A stretch of 64,000 nt of DNA from Myxococcota bacterium (GCA_965247115.1 CBDFGR010000002.1:1696001-1760000); one strand, 5' to 3'. Shown: positions 19,397 through 28,834, counted from the stretch's first letter. A program made the numbers and translations. The notes: a model not told the origin generated them from the sequence alone.

Positions 19397-21238
19397 CTAG
19401 CTGTCGATCAGGATCACGTCGGCTTCGGGCGGGTCGGCGTAGAGCCGTTCTACGGAGGGTTTGCGTCGTTCGAGCGCGGCCTGCTGGTTCACGTAGCCCT
19501 TGTCGGTGATCTCGTTGGCGTCGATGTCCGGGGGCTCGGTCAGCAGGATCACCCTGCGGATCCGTGTGGAGGAGCCAGGGTGTTCGGCGTTGTAGCGCTC
19601 GAGGCCCGAGCGTACGCACTCGACGACCTGGCTGCTGCGGATCAGGCGGGTCGTGTCGCCGGCCGCGTCCGCAGCGTCGACGAGGGACTCGCAGGCCGAC
19701 ACGTTGGGCCACGCCAGCAGCCCGATGTAGTCGCGGTCGTGTCCGGTCACAAGGGCGTCCTGGAGCGCGGGCGAGGTGGCGGCCAGCGCCTTCACGCGTA
19801 GCGCGCCCGTGCGCACCCAGGTGCCGGAGCTCAGCTTGAAGTCCTCGGCGACGCGCCCGTCGAAGACCAGGCCTCGCGTGGGATCGTTCGGATCGGCCAG
19901 GCGGCCGGCGTCACCGATCTTGTAGAAGCCGTCCTCGTCGAAGGCGGCGGCGGTTAGATCGTCGCGGCCGAGATAGCCCGGCGTTACATGGGGGCCTCGT
20001 ACGCGGAGCTCGGTCTTGGGGCCGGCCGGGACCAGTTTGAGCTCCACGCCCGGCGGTGGGAGGCCGATGCTGGCGGCGCTCTCGGTCGGGAAGTGCACGC
20101 TCGTCGAGAGCGGCGCGGTCTCGGTCGATCCCCAGCCCGATGCCATCACTACGCGTTCGCCGCGGGCCTGCTCGGACAGGTCGCCGAGTCGCTTCCAGAG
20201 GTCTTCTGGCAGGGCGGCCGCGGCGTAGAAGAGGAGCTGAAGATCGCGAAAGAAGTGATCCCGGAGCTCGCGGTCGTTCTCGAGGTGGGGGACGAGCTGC
20301 GCGTAGCCAGCGGGGACATTGAAGTAGAGACTCGGCGAGATCTCGCGCAGGTTCGAGAGCGTCGTCTCGATCAGTCCCGGTGCCGGCTTTCCCCCGTCGA
20401 TCCAGAGCGTGCCGCCCTGCTTCAGCACGAGATTGAAGTTGTGGTTCCCGCCAAAGGTGTGATTCCAGGGCAGCCAGTCCACGAGTACGGGCGGGGTCTG
20501 CTTCACGAAGGGCCAGCACTGCTCCAGCATCTGCTGGTTCGCGCAGAGCATTCGCTGCGTGTTGAGCACGCCCTTTGGGAGCCCGGTCGAGCCCGAGGTG
20601 AAGAGGATCTTCGCGACCGTATCGGGCCCGACTCCGGCCTCTGCCAGGGCAACGGCACTTCCCGGTGTCGTGCTCGCTAGCTCCGAGAACGGTGTGATGG
20701 AGAGGTCCCGTGGCAGCGGGCCGCTGCCGACGAGCTCCATACCGTCCAGATCGAGCGCCTTCAGCACCGGCACGAAGGGGACCATGGGCGCTGCGAAGAC
20801 GATCCCCGGGCGCACGAGCGCCAGGATCTGGCGCAGCTTGCCGTAGTCCTGGCTCATGAGGGAGTAGGCTGGCGAGACGGGCGCCACGGGGACGCCCACC
20901 AGCATCGCACCAAGACCCATCAGCGCGTGATCAATCGAGTTGCCGGACAGGATGACCAGCGGACGTTCCTGGCTCAGTCCCCGGTCGATCAGGCTCTGTG
21001 CGATCGACTCCGCAGTGCGGAGCGCGTCATCGTAGCTGAGGTGACGCCAGCTCTCGTCGACGCGCTCCCCGAGGAAGATCGACTCCGGGCGTTTCGCGGC
21101 GTGGTGCCGCAGCATCTCACCGAGGTGACGTTCGTGCTGGGCCAGTGACACGGGCGAGCGTAGGACGGTGCTGCCGTCCGCTTGCTCCTCGACATCGACG
21201 GCGGCCGGAGCGAACTCGGGACTCTCGTAGTGTGCTAT
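19397..21238 (-). CDS. fcs: Feruloyl-CoA synthetase-like acyl-CoA ligase; probable ATA start
   Basis: LSGNSIDHA, FTSGSTGLPKGV, WLPWNHTFG, DGRVAEDFKL, EITDKGYVNQ; family-like N-terminus extends upstream of GTG 21151. Confidence 0.85.
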   Translation of the reverse strand: MAHYESPEFAPAAVDVEEQADGSTVLRSPVSLAQHERHLGEMLRHHAAKRPESIFLGERVDESWRHLSYDDALRTAESIAQSLIDRGLSQERPLVILSGNSIDHALMGLGAMLVGVPVAPVSPAYSLMSQDYGKLRQILALVRPGIVFAAPMVPFVPVLKALDLDGMELVGSGPLPRDLSITPFSELASTTPGSAVALAEAGVGPDTVAKILFTSGSTGLPKGVLNTQRMLCANQQMLEQCWPFVKQTPPVLVDWLPWNHTFGGNHNFNLVLKQGGTLWIDGGKPAPGLIETTLSNLREISPSLYFNVPAGYAQLVPHLENDRELRDHFFRDLQLLFYAAAALPEDLWKRLGDLSEQARGERVVMASGWGSTETAPLSTSVHFPTESAASIGLPPPGVELKLVPAGPKTELRVRGPHVTPGYLGRDDLTAAAFDEDGFYKIGDAGRLADPNDPTRGLVFDGRVAEDFKLSSGTWVRTGALRVKALAATSPALQDALVTGHDRDYIGLLAWPNVSACESLVDAADAAGDTTRLIRSSQVVECVRSGLERYNAEHPGSSTRIRRVILLTEPPDIDANEITDKGYVNQQAALERRKPSVERLYADPPEADVILIDS

Positions 21239-22842
21239 GGCGTGAGCCCTCTCTCGACGAGGATCGCCTCTAGCTTCTCAGTCAGGCTGCCGTCCTCCAT
21301 GAGCTCGACGACCGCCTCGACGTCTGGGCGGAAGGGTCGGTCCGCTTCTAGAGGGGTGACCACGCGCCGAACGGCTGCATGCAGCGCCTTGCCGGCGGTA
21401 GAGAGCTTCTCCGGTCCGCGATAGTCGGCGGCCTGCGTCAGCGCAATCAGCTCGTAGGCGAAGAGGGCGCGCGCCTTCTCGAGCATGGGGCCCAGCTTCT
21501 TGGCGGCTGGCGTTCCCATGCTGACCACGTCCTGGTTGTTCGCGTTCGTGGGGATGCTGCTCACGCTGGCCGAGTCGTTCAGGTTGCGGATCTCGGCGGC
21601 CAGGGAGGTGGCGATCAGCTGCACGGCCATGAAGCCGTTGCACAGTCCCGCTTCCTCACCGATCACGAGGAACGGGGGAAGCCCCTGGCTGAAGTTCTCG
21701 TCGATGTAGCGCGCAAAGCGCCGCTCGGACAGGAGTGCCAGCTTGGTGATGGCGAGCCCGAGAATGTCACTTGAAAACGAGACGTGCTGTCCGTAGAAGT
21801 TTCCGCCGTGGAGCGTCGTATCGTCCTCGGCAAAGATGAGCGGGTTGTCCGTGACCGAGTTGACCTCGACATCCAGGATGCCCTCCACGAAGGTCAGCAG
21901 ATCGCGCACAGCGCCGACGATCTGCGGCACGCAGCGAATCGAGTAGGGACTCTGCAGGTCCGTATCGACGCGCACCACGTGCTCGGCTCCGCCGCGCGCC
22001 TCCACCAGTCCTTCCTGCAGCTCCTGGGGATCGAGCACCAGCTCGGACCCGGCGAGGAACGCGTTCAGGTTGCGCGTGGTTGCGAGCTGACCAGGGTGCG
22101 GTCTGACCTGCGCGATGCGCTCGTCGAAGTGCTCGATGTTGCCGCGCAGCACGTCGCTTGCATAGGCGGCACACGCCTCCGCGAGCAGGGTCAGGTCCAG
22201 AGCTTCTTGCAGGGCCACCGCGAAGATCGCGCTCATGACGCTCGTTCCGTTGATGAGCGCGAGTCCTTCCTTGTAGCTCAGCTCGACGGGCTCAATCCCG
22301 ACGGTCTCCAGGGCTTTGCGCGCTTCGGTGAGCTCGCCCCGGAAGAAGACCGGTCCTTCTCCGAGCAGCGCCTGCGACATGTGGGCGAGCGGGCAGAGGT
22401 CTCCGCTGGCACCGACGGAGCCAGTCTCGGGGATGTACGCCGCGATGTCCGTGTTCAGAAGCCGGGCGAGCGTCTCGAGCGTCGAGAGCCGGATGCCGGA
22501 GAAGCCCTTGCAGAGCGAGTTCAGCCGGATCAGCTGCACCGCACGCGTCACGTCGATCGGAAGGGGCTCGCCGACGCCGCCGGACAGACTCTGAATCAGG
22601 TTGTACTGTGACTGCGCGGCCTTCTTGGGAGGGATCAGGCGATTGACCAGCGGTCCGTAGCCCGTGGTGATGCCGTAGGCGACCTCCTCGCGCTTGACCA
22701 GGTCCTCCACGTGCGCGCGCGAACGGTTGATCGCGTCGGTCGCGTGCGATGCGATCCGGACCTCGGCCCCGTGCCGGGCCACGTCGATGATCTGACCGAG
22801 GTCGAGCGAATTTCCGTCTACGTCGATAGCGCGACGTGCCAT
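21235..22842 (-). CDS. MIO-dependent aromatic amino acid ammonia-lyase/aminomutase (HAL/PAL/TAL family)
   Basis: YGITTGYG, GSVGASGDL (ASG=MIO), KEGLALINGT, YSIRCVPQ, TDNP, HGGNF, NQDVVSMG; AGGAGG RBS. Confidence 0.93.
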   Translation of the reverse strand: MARRAIDVDGNSLDLGQIIDVARHGAEVRIASHATDAINRSRAHVEDLVKREEVAYGITTGYGPLVNRLIPPKKAAQSQYNLIQSLSGGVGEPLPIDVTRAVQLIRLNSLCKGFSGIRLSTLETLARLLNTDIAAYIPETGSVGASGDLCPLAHMSQALLGEGPVFFRGELTEARKALETVGIEPVELSYKEGLALINGTSVMSAIFAVALQEALDLTLLAEACAAYASDVLRGNIEHFDERIAQVRPHPGQLATTRNLNAFLAGSELVLDPQELQEGLVEARGGAEHVVRVDTDLQSPYSIRCVPQIVGAVRDLLTFVEGILDVEVNSVTDNPLIFAEDDTTLHGGNFYGQHVSFSSDILGLAITKLALLSERRFARYIDENFSQGLPPFLVIGEEAGLCNGFMAVQLIATSLAAEIRNLNDSASVSSIPTNANNQDVVSMGTPAAKKLGPMLEKARALFAYELIALTQAADYRGPEKLSTAGKALHAAVRRVVTPLEADRPFRPDVEAVVELMEDGSLTEKLEAILVERGLTP

Positions 22843-22993
22843 GCTCTGGCCTCCTGTGGGGGTGATTTGGAGCACCCCGCTGCCTGAAAAAAGTAGGCGA
22901 TTCCTGGCGGATGATCCTTCCGACTATTGGACGAATCCGGCGAAATTTGGAATTCTGTTCCGATTCTGAGGCGATAATCGGAACAGAGTTATC

Positions 22994-23464
22994 GTGGTCA
23001 CACTCGATGAAACAGACCGCAAGATCCTCGCTTTGCTCCAGGAGGACGCCCGCCTGACGCAGGCTGAGCTCGCGAAGCGACTGGCCATGTCCCAGACCTC
23101 CTGCTGGCGACGCGTGCGCCAGCTCGAGGAGGCGGGGGTGATCGCGCGCCGCGTGGCGCTCGTGGACGCAAGGGCGGTGGATCTCACAGTGAGCGTGATC
23201 GCGAGCGTGAGTCTGACCGAGCACAGCGACGCGAACCGGGCATCCTTTGAGTCTCTCGTGGCCTCACGTCCCGAGGTCGTGGAGTGCTACTCCATGACGG
23301 GCGATCGCGACTACATGCTGCGGGTCGTCGTGCGCGACGTGGAGGCCTACGACCGCTTCCTCACCACCCAGCTCCTGCACCACCCCGCCGTGGCCTCGGC
23401 CAGCTCGAGCTTCGCGCTCAAGCAGGTCAAGTACACGACCTCCCTTCCACTGGAGCTCGCCTAG
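22994..23464 (+). CDS. Lrp/AsnC family regulator
   Basis: LDETDRKILALLQEDAR, CWRRVRQLEEAGVI, MTGDRDYML. Confidence 0.93.
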   Translation: MVTLDETDRKILALLQEDARLTQAELAKRLAMSQTSCWRRVRQLEEAGVIARRVALVDARAVDLTVSVIASVSLTEHSDANRASFESLVASRPEVVECYSMTGDRDYMLRVVVRDVEAYDRFLTTQLLHHPAVASASSSFALKQVKYTTSLPLELA

Positions 23465-24739
23465 CAGGCTGCTGAAAAACTCCTCATCGAAGGGTACCTT
23501 GGGAGCGAGCCCCAAAGGGGGAGGCGTGAGAGGACAGGGGACGCTTCAGGGCGGGATGTTCAGCTACGTGTCGCTGGAGTCGCGGATTCCGGATGATCAT
23601 CCGCTTCGAGCGATGCGGCGCATGGTCGACACGGCGCTGCAGCGGCTATCGCCGCGCTTCGACGCGATCTACGCCAGAGGCGTAGGGCGCCCGTCCGTGC
23701 CCCCGGAGCAGCTGCTGCGCGCCCTGCTGCTGCAGGTGCTCTACACCATCCGGAGCGAGCGGCAGCTGGTGGAGCAGCTGGAGTACAACCTGCTGTATCG
23801 CTGGTTCGTGGGTCTGGAGCTTGACGAGGTGGTGTTCAGCGCCACGGTGTTCACGAAGAACCGAGACCGGCTGCTCAAGGGCGAGATTGCCGAGCACTTC
23901 TTCGACGCAGTGCTGGAGCAGGCCGAGACCGAGGGATGGGTGTCGTTGGAGCACTTCACGGTAGACGGGACGCTGATCGAGGCGTGGGCGAGCCAGAAGA
24001 GCTTCGTACGGAAGGACGAGGAACGGAGAGACGACGATGACCCGGGCAACCCGACGGTGAACTTCCGAGGCGAGAAGCGGAGCAACCAGACGCATGCGTC
24101 GACGACGGATCCCGACGCACGACTCGCCGGTATGAGAGGCCAAGGCGCCCGACTCGCGTACCAGGGACACGTGGTGACGGAGAACCGGAACGGCTTGGTG
24201 GTCGCGGCGAAGCTCACGCAGGCGTCGGGATATGCGGAGCGCGAAGCGGCGCTCGAGATGGTGGAAGGTCTGGGAGGCGGGCGTCGGAGGACATTGGGCG
24301 GAGACAAGGGCTTCGACACGAAGGGGTTCGTGGAAGAGCTTCGAGAGTTGGGCGTGACCCCACACGTGGCGCAGAACACGACGAATCGACGCAGCGCGAT
24401 CGACGGGCGGACGACGCGCCACCGGGGCTACGAACTGAGTCAGCGTTTTCGCAAACGGGTGGAAGAGGTCTTCGGCTGGATGAAGACCGTGGGGCTGATG
24501 CGCAAGACCCGACACCGCGGCACGGATCGGGTCGGCTGGGTCTTCACCTTCACGGCCGCAGCCTACAACCTGATCCGGATCCGCAAGCTGCTGGAGGCCA
24601 CGTAGGTCATGTGCGAAACCGCCCCGCGATCAGCGGAGCCCAAGACCGGTTCGAACCGGGAATCGCGCCCCGCCCCTCGGCCGGTGAACCCCCTCGTCGG
24701 AAGGACCACCCCTCAACCAGTCACTTTCTCCGCAGCCTG
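23465..24739 (+). mobile_element. IS5-family insertion sequence (~1275 bp), CTAG target duplication
   Basis: Ends CAGGCTGCTGAAAAA / TTTCTCCGCAGCCTG are imperfect TIRs; CTAG at 23461-23464 and 24740-24743. Confidence 0.9.
23526..24605 (+). CDS. IS5-family DDE transposase
   Basis: IPDDHPLR, GRPSVPPE, VDGT, DKGFD, RKRVEEVFG. Confidence 0.93.
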   Translation: MRGQGTLQGGMFSYVSLESRIPDDHPLRAMRRMVDTALQRLSPRFDAIYARGVGRPSVPPEQLLRALLLQVLYTIRSERQLVEQLEYNLLYRWFVGLELDEVVFSATVFTKNRDRLLKGEIAEHFFDAVLEQAETEGWVSLEHFTVDGTLIEAWASQKSFVRKDEERRDDDDPGNPTVNFRGEKRSNQTHASTTDPDARLAGMRGQGARLAYQGHVVTENRNGLVVAAKLTQASGYAEREAALEMVEGLGGGRRRTLGGDKGFDTKGFVEELRELGVTPHVAQNTTNRRSAIDGRTTRHRGYELSQRFRKRVEEVFGWMKTVGLMRKTRHRGTDRVGWVFTFTAAAYNLIRIRKLLEAT

Positions 24740-24763
24740 CTAGGCGTCGCCGCGGTCGTCTCA

Positions 24764-24810
24764 CGCGGAATAAGTTTGGACTAAGGACCGTCCCTAAGTT
24801 CGGGTTCCCG
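24764..24810 (-). repeat. Repeat module B
   Basis: Reverse complement CGGGAACCCGAACTTAGGGACGGTCCTTAGTCCAAACTT matches CGGAATCCGAACTTGGGGACGGTCCTTAATCCGAACTT from 61454. Confidence 0.8.
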
Positions 24811-24836
24811 ACCTCCGACGGCTTACGAAGCCGTTC

Positions 24837-26039
24837 CTATTGGGCCGCTACTTCCGGTTGGGGGTTGGGGTCGAGCTCGATTTCGAGGCTGCGGTGGATG
24901 GATGGGATTCCCGCTCGGGTGGCGAGCTCGGTCTCGGTGGTGCGGACTTGGAGGGCCTCGCTCAGCTCGGTGGCGCGCTTCAGGTCGCCGAGCGTGGTTC
25001 TCTCGGGAGCGCGGTAGTAGACCGTGCGCTCCACGCGAAACTGCTCTCCATCGGGAGCGCTAGCCTCGACGACGAGCGCGTTCTGGCCGCTCTGGAGGCG
25101 CACGTAGCCGTCGAACGAGCCATCGCCGAACACGCGCACGGCGCGCCCCTCGGCTCCGGTGGTCCGATTCCAGAGCTTCACGTTCGCGAGCAGGGCCACG
25201 TCGAGCCGCGGCAGGTGGCGGACGATGTCTCCGGGATCGCGGACCTCGAAGAACCTGCCATCGGTGCTGCTCGCCAGCTCCTCCAGCACGTCCGGCCGCT
25301 CCAGTGCAGCGCTTCCGATTGCGAACGAGTAGATGCGAATCCCGTGCTCTGCAGCGCGCTTGGCCGAGCGCAGTGCCGCCTTGCGCGCGAAGATCTCGGG
25401 AGAGGGTGCCGTGGGAAAGCCGTCCGAGAGGATCACGAGGATGCGTTCGCGTTCCGGCGGGCTGTCGCGTAGCGCTCGGATCCCGGCGCGGATGGCGGCG
25501 GAGATGTTCGTCCCGCCGCGGGTATGCCGGACCTTCACTCGGTCCAGCGCCATGAGCGCGTTCTCCGGGTGCCCAAGCCGTGCACGTACGCGTGAGGTAC
25601 CCGCGAAGGTGACCAGCGAGACCCGCGTCCAGCGTTCATCGAGTCGGCGCAGCAGGCGACGAGCGCCTAGCAGCTCCGCCCGCGCAATCGTGTCACCGGG
25701 GTCGGTGGTCCACCTCTTGGGACGCTGGCGAGCCCGCGTGCCCCGCAACACACCCTTACGTAGCTGACCGACGATGCCGTCTCCGTCGATGTCGTCGCCT
25801 GCGGGGAGCAACGTGCTCGCGGACAGGTCAAGGGCGATGACCAGATCGTACGGGGTGACCGGACCCGCAACGGCGCGTCCCCGCACCTCGAGCAACGGGA
25901 TCAGCTCGGTCACGCGCTCCTCGTCGCCGGGGTACTCGACGTCGAGCCAGGTGGGTTCGCTGGCCCACCCCGGGGCTGCCGTGAGCACGAGCCACGAGAG
26001 GGCGACAAGGCTCAGCGTTCCGAAAGAGTCCCTCCCCAT
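24837..26039 (-). CDS. Secreted vWA-domain protein
   Basis: Signal peptide, MIDAS DLSAS, DIDGDG, GGTNI, ILSDG. Confidence 0.85.
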   Translation of the reverse strand: MGRDSFGTLSLVALSWLVLTAAPGWASEPTWLDVEYPGDEERVTELIPLLEVRGRAVAGPVTPYDLVIALDLSASTLLPAGDDIDGDGIVGQLRKGVLRGTRARQRPKRWTTDPGDTIARAELLGARRLLRRLDERWTRVSLVTFAGTSRVRARLGHPENALMALDRVKVRHTRGGTNISAAIRAGIRALRDSPPERERILVILSDGFPTAPSPEIFARKAALRSAKRAAEHGIRIYSFAIGSAALERPDVLEELASSTDGRFFEVRDPGDIVRHLPRLDVALLANVKLWNRTTGAEGRAVRVFGDGSFDGYVRLQSGQNALVVEASAPDGEQFRVERTVYYRAPERTTLGDLKRATELSEALQVRTTETELATRAGIPSIHRSLEIELDPNPQPEVAAQ

Positions 26040-26099
26040 AGGGAACACTTCGGAAGATTGAGGCAGGAGTTTAAGCGGCTGTTCGGTCGATAGGAGGGA

Positions 26100-27044
26100 A
26101 TGGAGGAACGGCAGCCGAACGAGCTGCGCGAGCGGCAGAGCAAACTCACGTCGGTCGCGTGCTGGCTGGTGCTGGCCGCGGTCCTGCTCGGGGTGCTGCG
26201 TCTGACCTCGATCGGCGCTCAGACGACCCCGACGCTCGAGTTGTCGTCTGCCTCCGAGGTCACGGTTCCTCTCTGGTCCCCCGCCGGCTCCCGCGGGCAT
26301 CGCCTGGTCGAAGTTCAGCTCGGCCCAGCAAAGGAGCGGTTCCTCCTCGATACGGGGGCCGTGAACACGGTCATCGCTCCCGCTGCAGCGGTGCGAGCGG
26401 GACTCGGCGAGAGCGCGCGGCCAGTTCTGACGGCACTCAACGCGTCGTTCGACGTTCGACCGCTGGTGCGCGTAGACGAGCTCTCGATCGGCTCCCGGGT
26501 CTACGCGGATTTCGAAGCCGTCGTGGTCGACACCTCGCACCTCCACAGGATCCTGGGGAGCGAGATCTCTGGAATCATCGGGATGAACGTGCTCGGTCAG
26601 ACCCCATTCGAGATCGACTTCGTGAACGACGCGCTACGGATCGGTGGCTCGCTCGAAGCCTTCGCGTCCGCCCGACCCGCGGGGGCGGCAGACACGATCT
26701 TCAGCGTGCTTGACCTCGACGGAACCCTCGTAGCCGAGCTGTCGATCGAGGGTCTTCCCGCCCGCTTCGTGATCGATAGCGGAGCGGTACCGACCACCGT
26801 GCAAGCGGACCGCGCCTTCGAACGACCGGTGTACGGTGGCGTCACGACTCGGTTCGACGCCTCGGGTGCAGAGCCGGCACGCGTGGAGAGCGTCGTGCTC
26901 GACTCGCTGGTTCTCGGACACGTCCGGCGTCGGAACTTTGCCGTCGACCTCGGGGAGTTTAATCTGCTCGGCGCAGACTTCCTTCAAGGGACGGTGCTGT
27001 TCATCGATCCCGAGAGTGGTCAAGGCGTGCTGCGAACGCCTTGA
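26100..27044 (+). CDS. Double-domain retropepsin-like aspartyl protease
   Basis: FLLDTGA ... GIIGMN and FVIDSGA ... LLGADF. Confidence 0.85.
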   Translation: MEERQPNELRERQSKLTSVACWLVLAAVLLGVLRLTSIGAQTTPTLELSSASEVTVPLWSPAGSRGHRLVEVQLGPAKERFLLDTGAVNTVIAPAAAVRAGLGESARPVLTALNASFDVRPLVRVDELSIGSRVYADFEAVVVDTSHLHRILGSEISGIIGMNVLGQTPFEIDFVNDALRIGGSLEAFASARPAGAADTIFSVLDLDGTLVAELSIEGLPARFVIDSGAVPTTVQADRAFERPVYGGVTTRFDASGAEPARVESVVLDSLVLGHVRRRNFAVDLGEFNLLGADFLQGTVLFIDPESGQGVLRTP

Positions 27045-27051
27045 GTCCTGC

Positions 27052-27215
27052 CTTGTGGGACCCGGCCGCGGGCGTCCGCGGCCACCCACCTCCGCTCAGG
27101 CCGAAGGCCTTCGCTGCGCGCGCCCCTTCTGCGGCGCTTGCCGGTTGCCAAGCCTCCCAGGGGGGTGCCGGTTCTTCACGGAATCTGAACTTAGGGGCGG
27201 TTCGCGGCGCTTGCA
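27052..27215 (+). repeat. Three-hairpin repeat A copy 1 plus degenerate module B
   Basis: CTTGTGGGACCC...CACCCACCTCCGCTCAGG...CCTTCGCTGCGCG...GCGGCGCTTGC, then TTCTTCACGGAATCTGAACTTAGGGGCGG. Confidence 0.9.
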
Positions 27216-27252
27216 GGGAGCCCGGCCAGCTTTCCAGAGTGAGAGGTGGGAG

Positions 27253-27864
27253 TTAGCGCTCGAGGGTTTTCTCGATCCAGCGTCGATACAGCTCGCGGGG
27301 GTGGGCGCCGGTGATCGCGGCGGGCTGGCCTTCCAGCTGCACTGCCGGCACCCCGGTTACCCCTAGGGATATCGCCTCGTTGTGCTGCTCCATCACTTCT
27401 TTCAGCAGGGCGGGGTCTTCGGCACGGGCAAGCTCACTTTCGGGGAGTCCAGCGTCCTTCCAGATGGAGGCGAGCGTCTCCGGGTTTGTGATGTCGTGGT
27501 TGTCCACGAAGTAGGCTCTGAGAAGGCGCTCGTGGATCTCCTCGAAGGCGTCGGGCCCGAGCGCTGCCGCAGCCTTGGCCACGAGGTGCGGCGGTATGCT
27601 GTGGCTCGGTGGGCCCTCGTCACTGCTCCAGACGTTGAACTCGGCGCTGTCCTCGTCCGAGGCGGGGCGTAGCCATGACTGGGTGTACTCCCGGAAGCGC
27701 GCCAGATCGCGGCTGTCATCGGGTTGGGGACGCAGCAGAAAGCTGCGCCACTCGAACTCCACCTGGTCCCCGAACTCCTCCTGGATGCCGCGCAGGCGCA
27801 CCGCCGCGTTGTGGCACCAAGGTCAGAGGTAGTCGGACCAGACGACAAACTTGAGCGGCTTCAC
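27253..27864 (-). CDS. DsbA/FrnE-like selenoprotein (Sec at TGA 27825-27823, U-P-W-C)
   Basis: GGAGGAG RBS + GTG 27864 gives VKPLKFVVWSDYL-TGA-PWCHN, in frame with ORF 27253-27801 (GVTGVP cis-Pro, GAHP). Confidence 0.88.
27784..27818 (-). promoter_or_regulatory. Putative SECIS hairpin
   Basis: GGTGCC/GGCATC lower stem; CGCGGCG-GTG-CGCC(T)GCG upper stem, just 3' of the TGA. Confidence 0.55.
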
Positions 27865-28012
27865 GAAGCTCTCCTCCCACCTCGATGAGCGGCACGAGCC
27901 TACCACAGCGTACGCAGGACCGATCAGAGACCCCCTCCGCTCCCGCTGGATTGTTGCTATCGTCCAGCACTCTTCCCCCCCAGGGGACAGTCTCCCCCCC
28001 AGGGGAGTCCGG

Positions 28013-28834
28013 ATGGAAAGGCGCACGATCGGGACGCGGCTTGTGGGCGCGTTTCGGAGTCGCAGAACGCCCGGCGCGACTGACGTCGACATGGCGGGGA
28101 GCGAGCTCGGGCAGCGGCTCGACCCCACGCGCTGGGATCTGGGCGAGTCCCAGCGAGAGCTGATCGAGATGGAGCGTCTCGCGACCCAGACGGAGCTTGC
28201 GAGCGACGTTGCGGACGCGATCAACAACCCGCTCGCCGCACTCATGGGTCGACTCCAGATGCGCATCGAGGGGAGCCAGTCGCCGGACGCCGAGGACCAG
28301 CGTCTGTACGCGCTCGGCCGACGCATCGCGAGCGTGGTGCAGGGCATGTTCGAGCTCTCGCGGGGTACGCTGCAGGCGCGCGAGGTCCCGGTCGCCGAGA
28401 TCGTCGAGCAGGCGCTGACCCCCCTCCGAAGCGAGGCGGAGCTCCGCGGGGTGAAGCTCGTCGTGTCTCTGGAACCGGAGCTGCCCAATCTGTTCGGCGA
28501 TCCGGCACTACTCCTGCGCGCACTGTCCGCTCTGCTCGACAACGCGCTCCAGGCAAGCGCAGGCGCAGCAGAGGTCGAGCTGAAGGTGCAGAAGCTCGCA
28601 ACGGCCAGCGCCGTCCGCTTCCAGATCCTGGATGCCGGCCCCGGCATTGCGCCCGAGCTCCGCGAGCGGGTATTTGCTCCTTTCTTCACGACACGGGCGG
28701 GTGCACTCGGGCTTGGCCTCGCACTGGCCAAGCGCATCGCACACGGCCATCGGGGCAGGCTTCAGCTCCGCGGGGCTCCGGCAGGCGGTTGCATCGCAAC
28801 GCTGGAGCTACCCGTTCGCCCGCGTTCCGACTAA
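28013..28834 (+). CDS. Histidine kinase-like ATPase lacking the phospho-acceptor His
   Basis: VADAINNPL (vs VAHEINNPL), DNALQA, DAGPGI, VFAPFFTT, GLGL. Confidence 0.8.
   Translation: MERRTIGTRLVGAFRSRRTPGATDVDMAGSELGQRLDPTRWDLGESQRELIEMERLATQTELASDVADAINNPLAALMGRLQMRIEGSQSPDAEDQRLYALGRRIASVVQGMFELSRGTLQAREVPVAEIVEQALTPLRSEAELRGVKLVVSLEPELPNLFGDPALLLRALSALLDNALQASAGAAEVELKVQKLATASAVRFQILDAGPGIAPELRERVFAPFFTTRAGALGLGLALAKRIAHGHRGRLQLRGAPAGGCIATLELPVRPRSD

Noticed and set aside
10684..24743. tRNA-anchored integrative island
   Set aside because: No integrase and no duplicated tRNA 3' end seen in the window.
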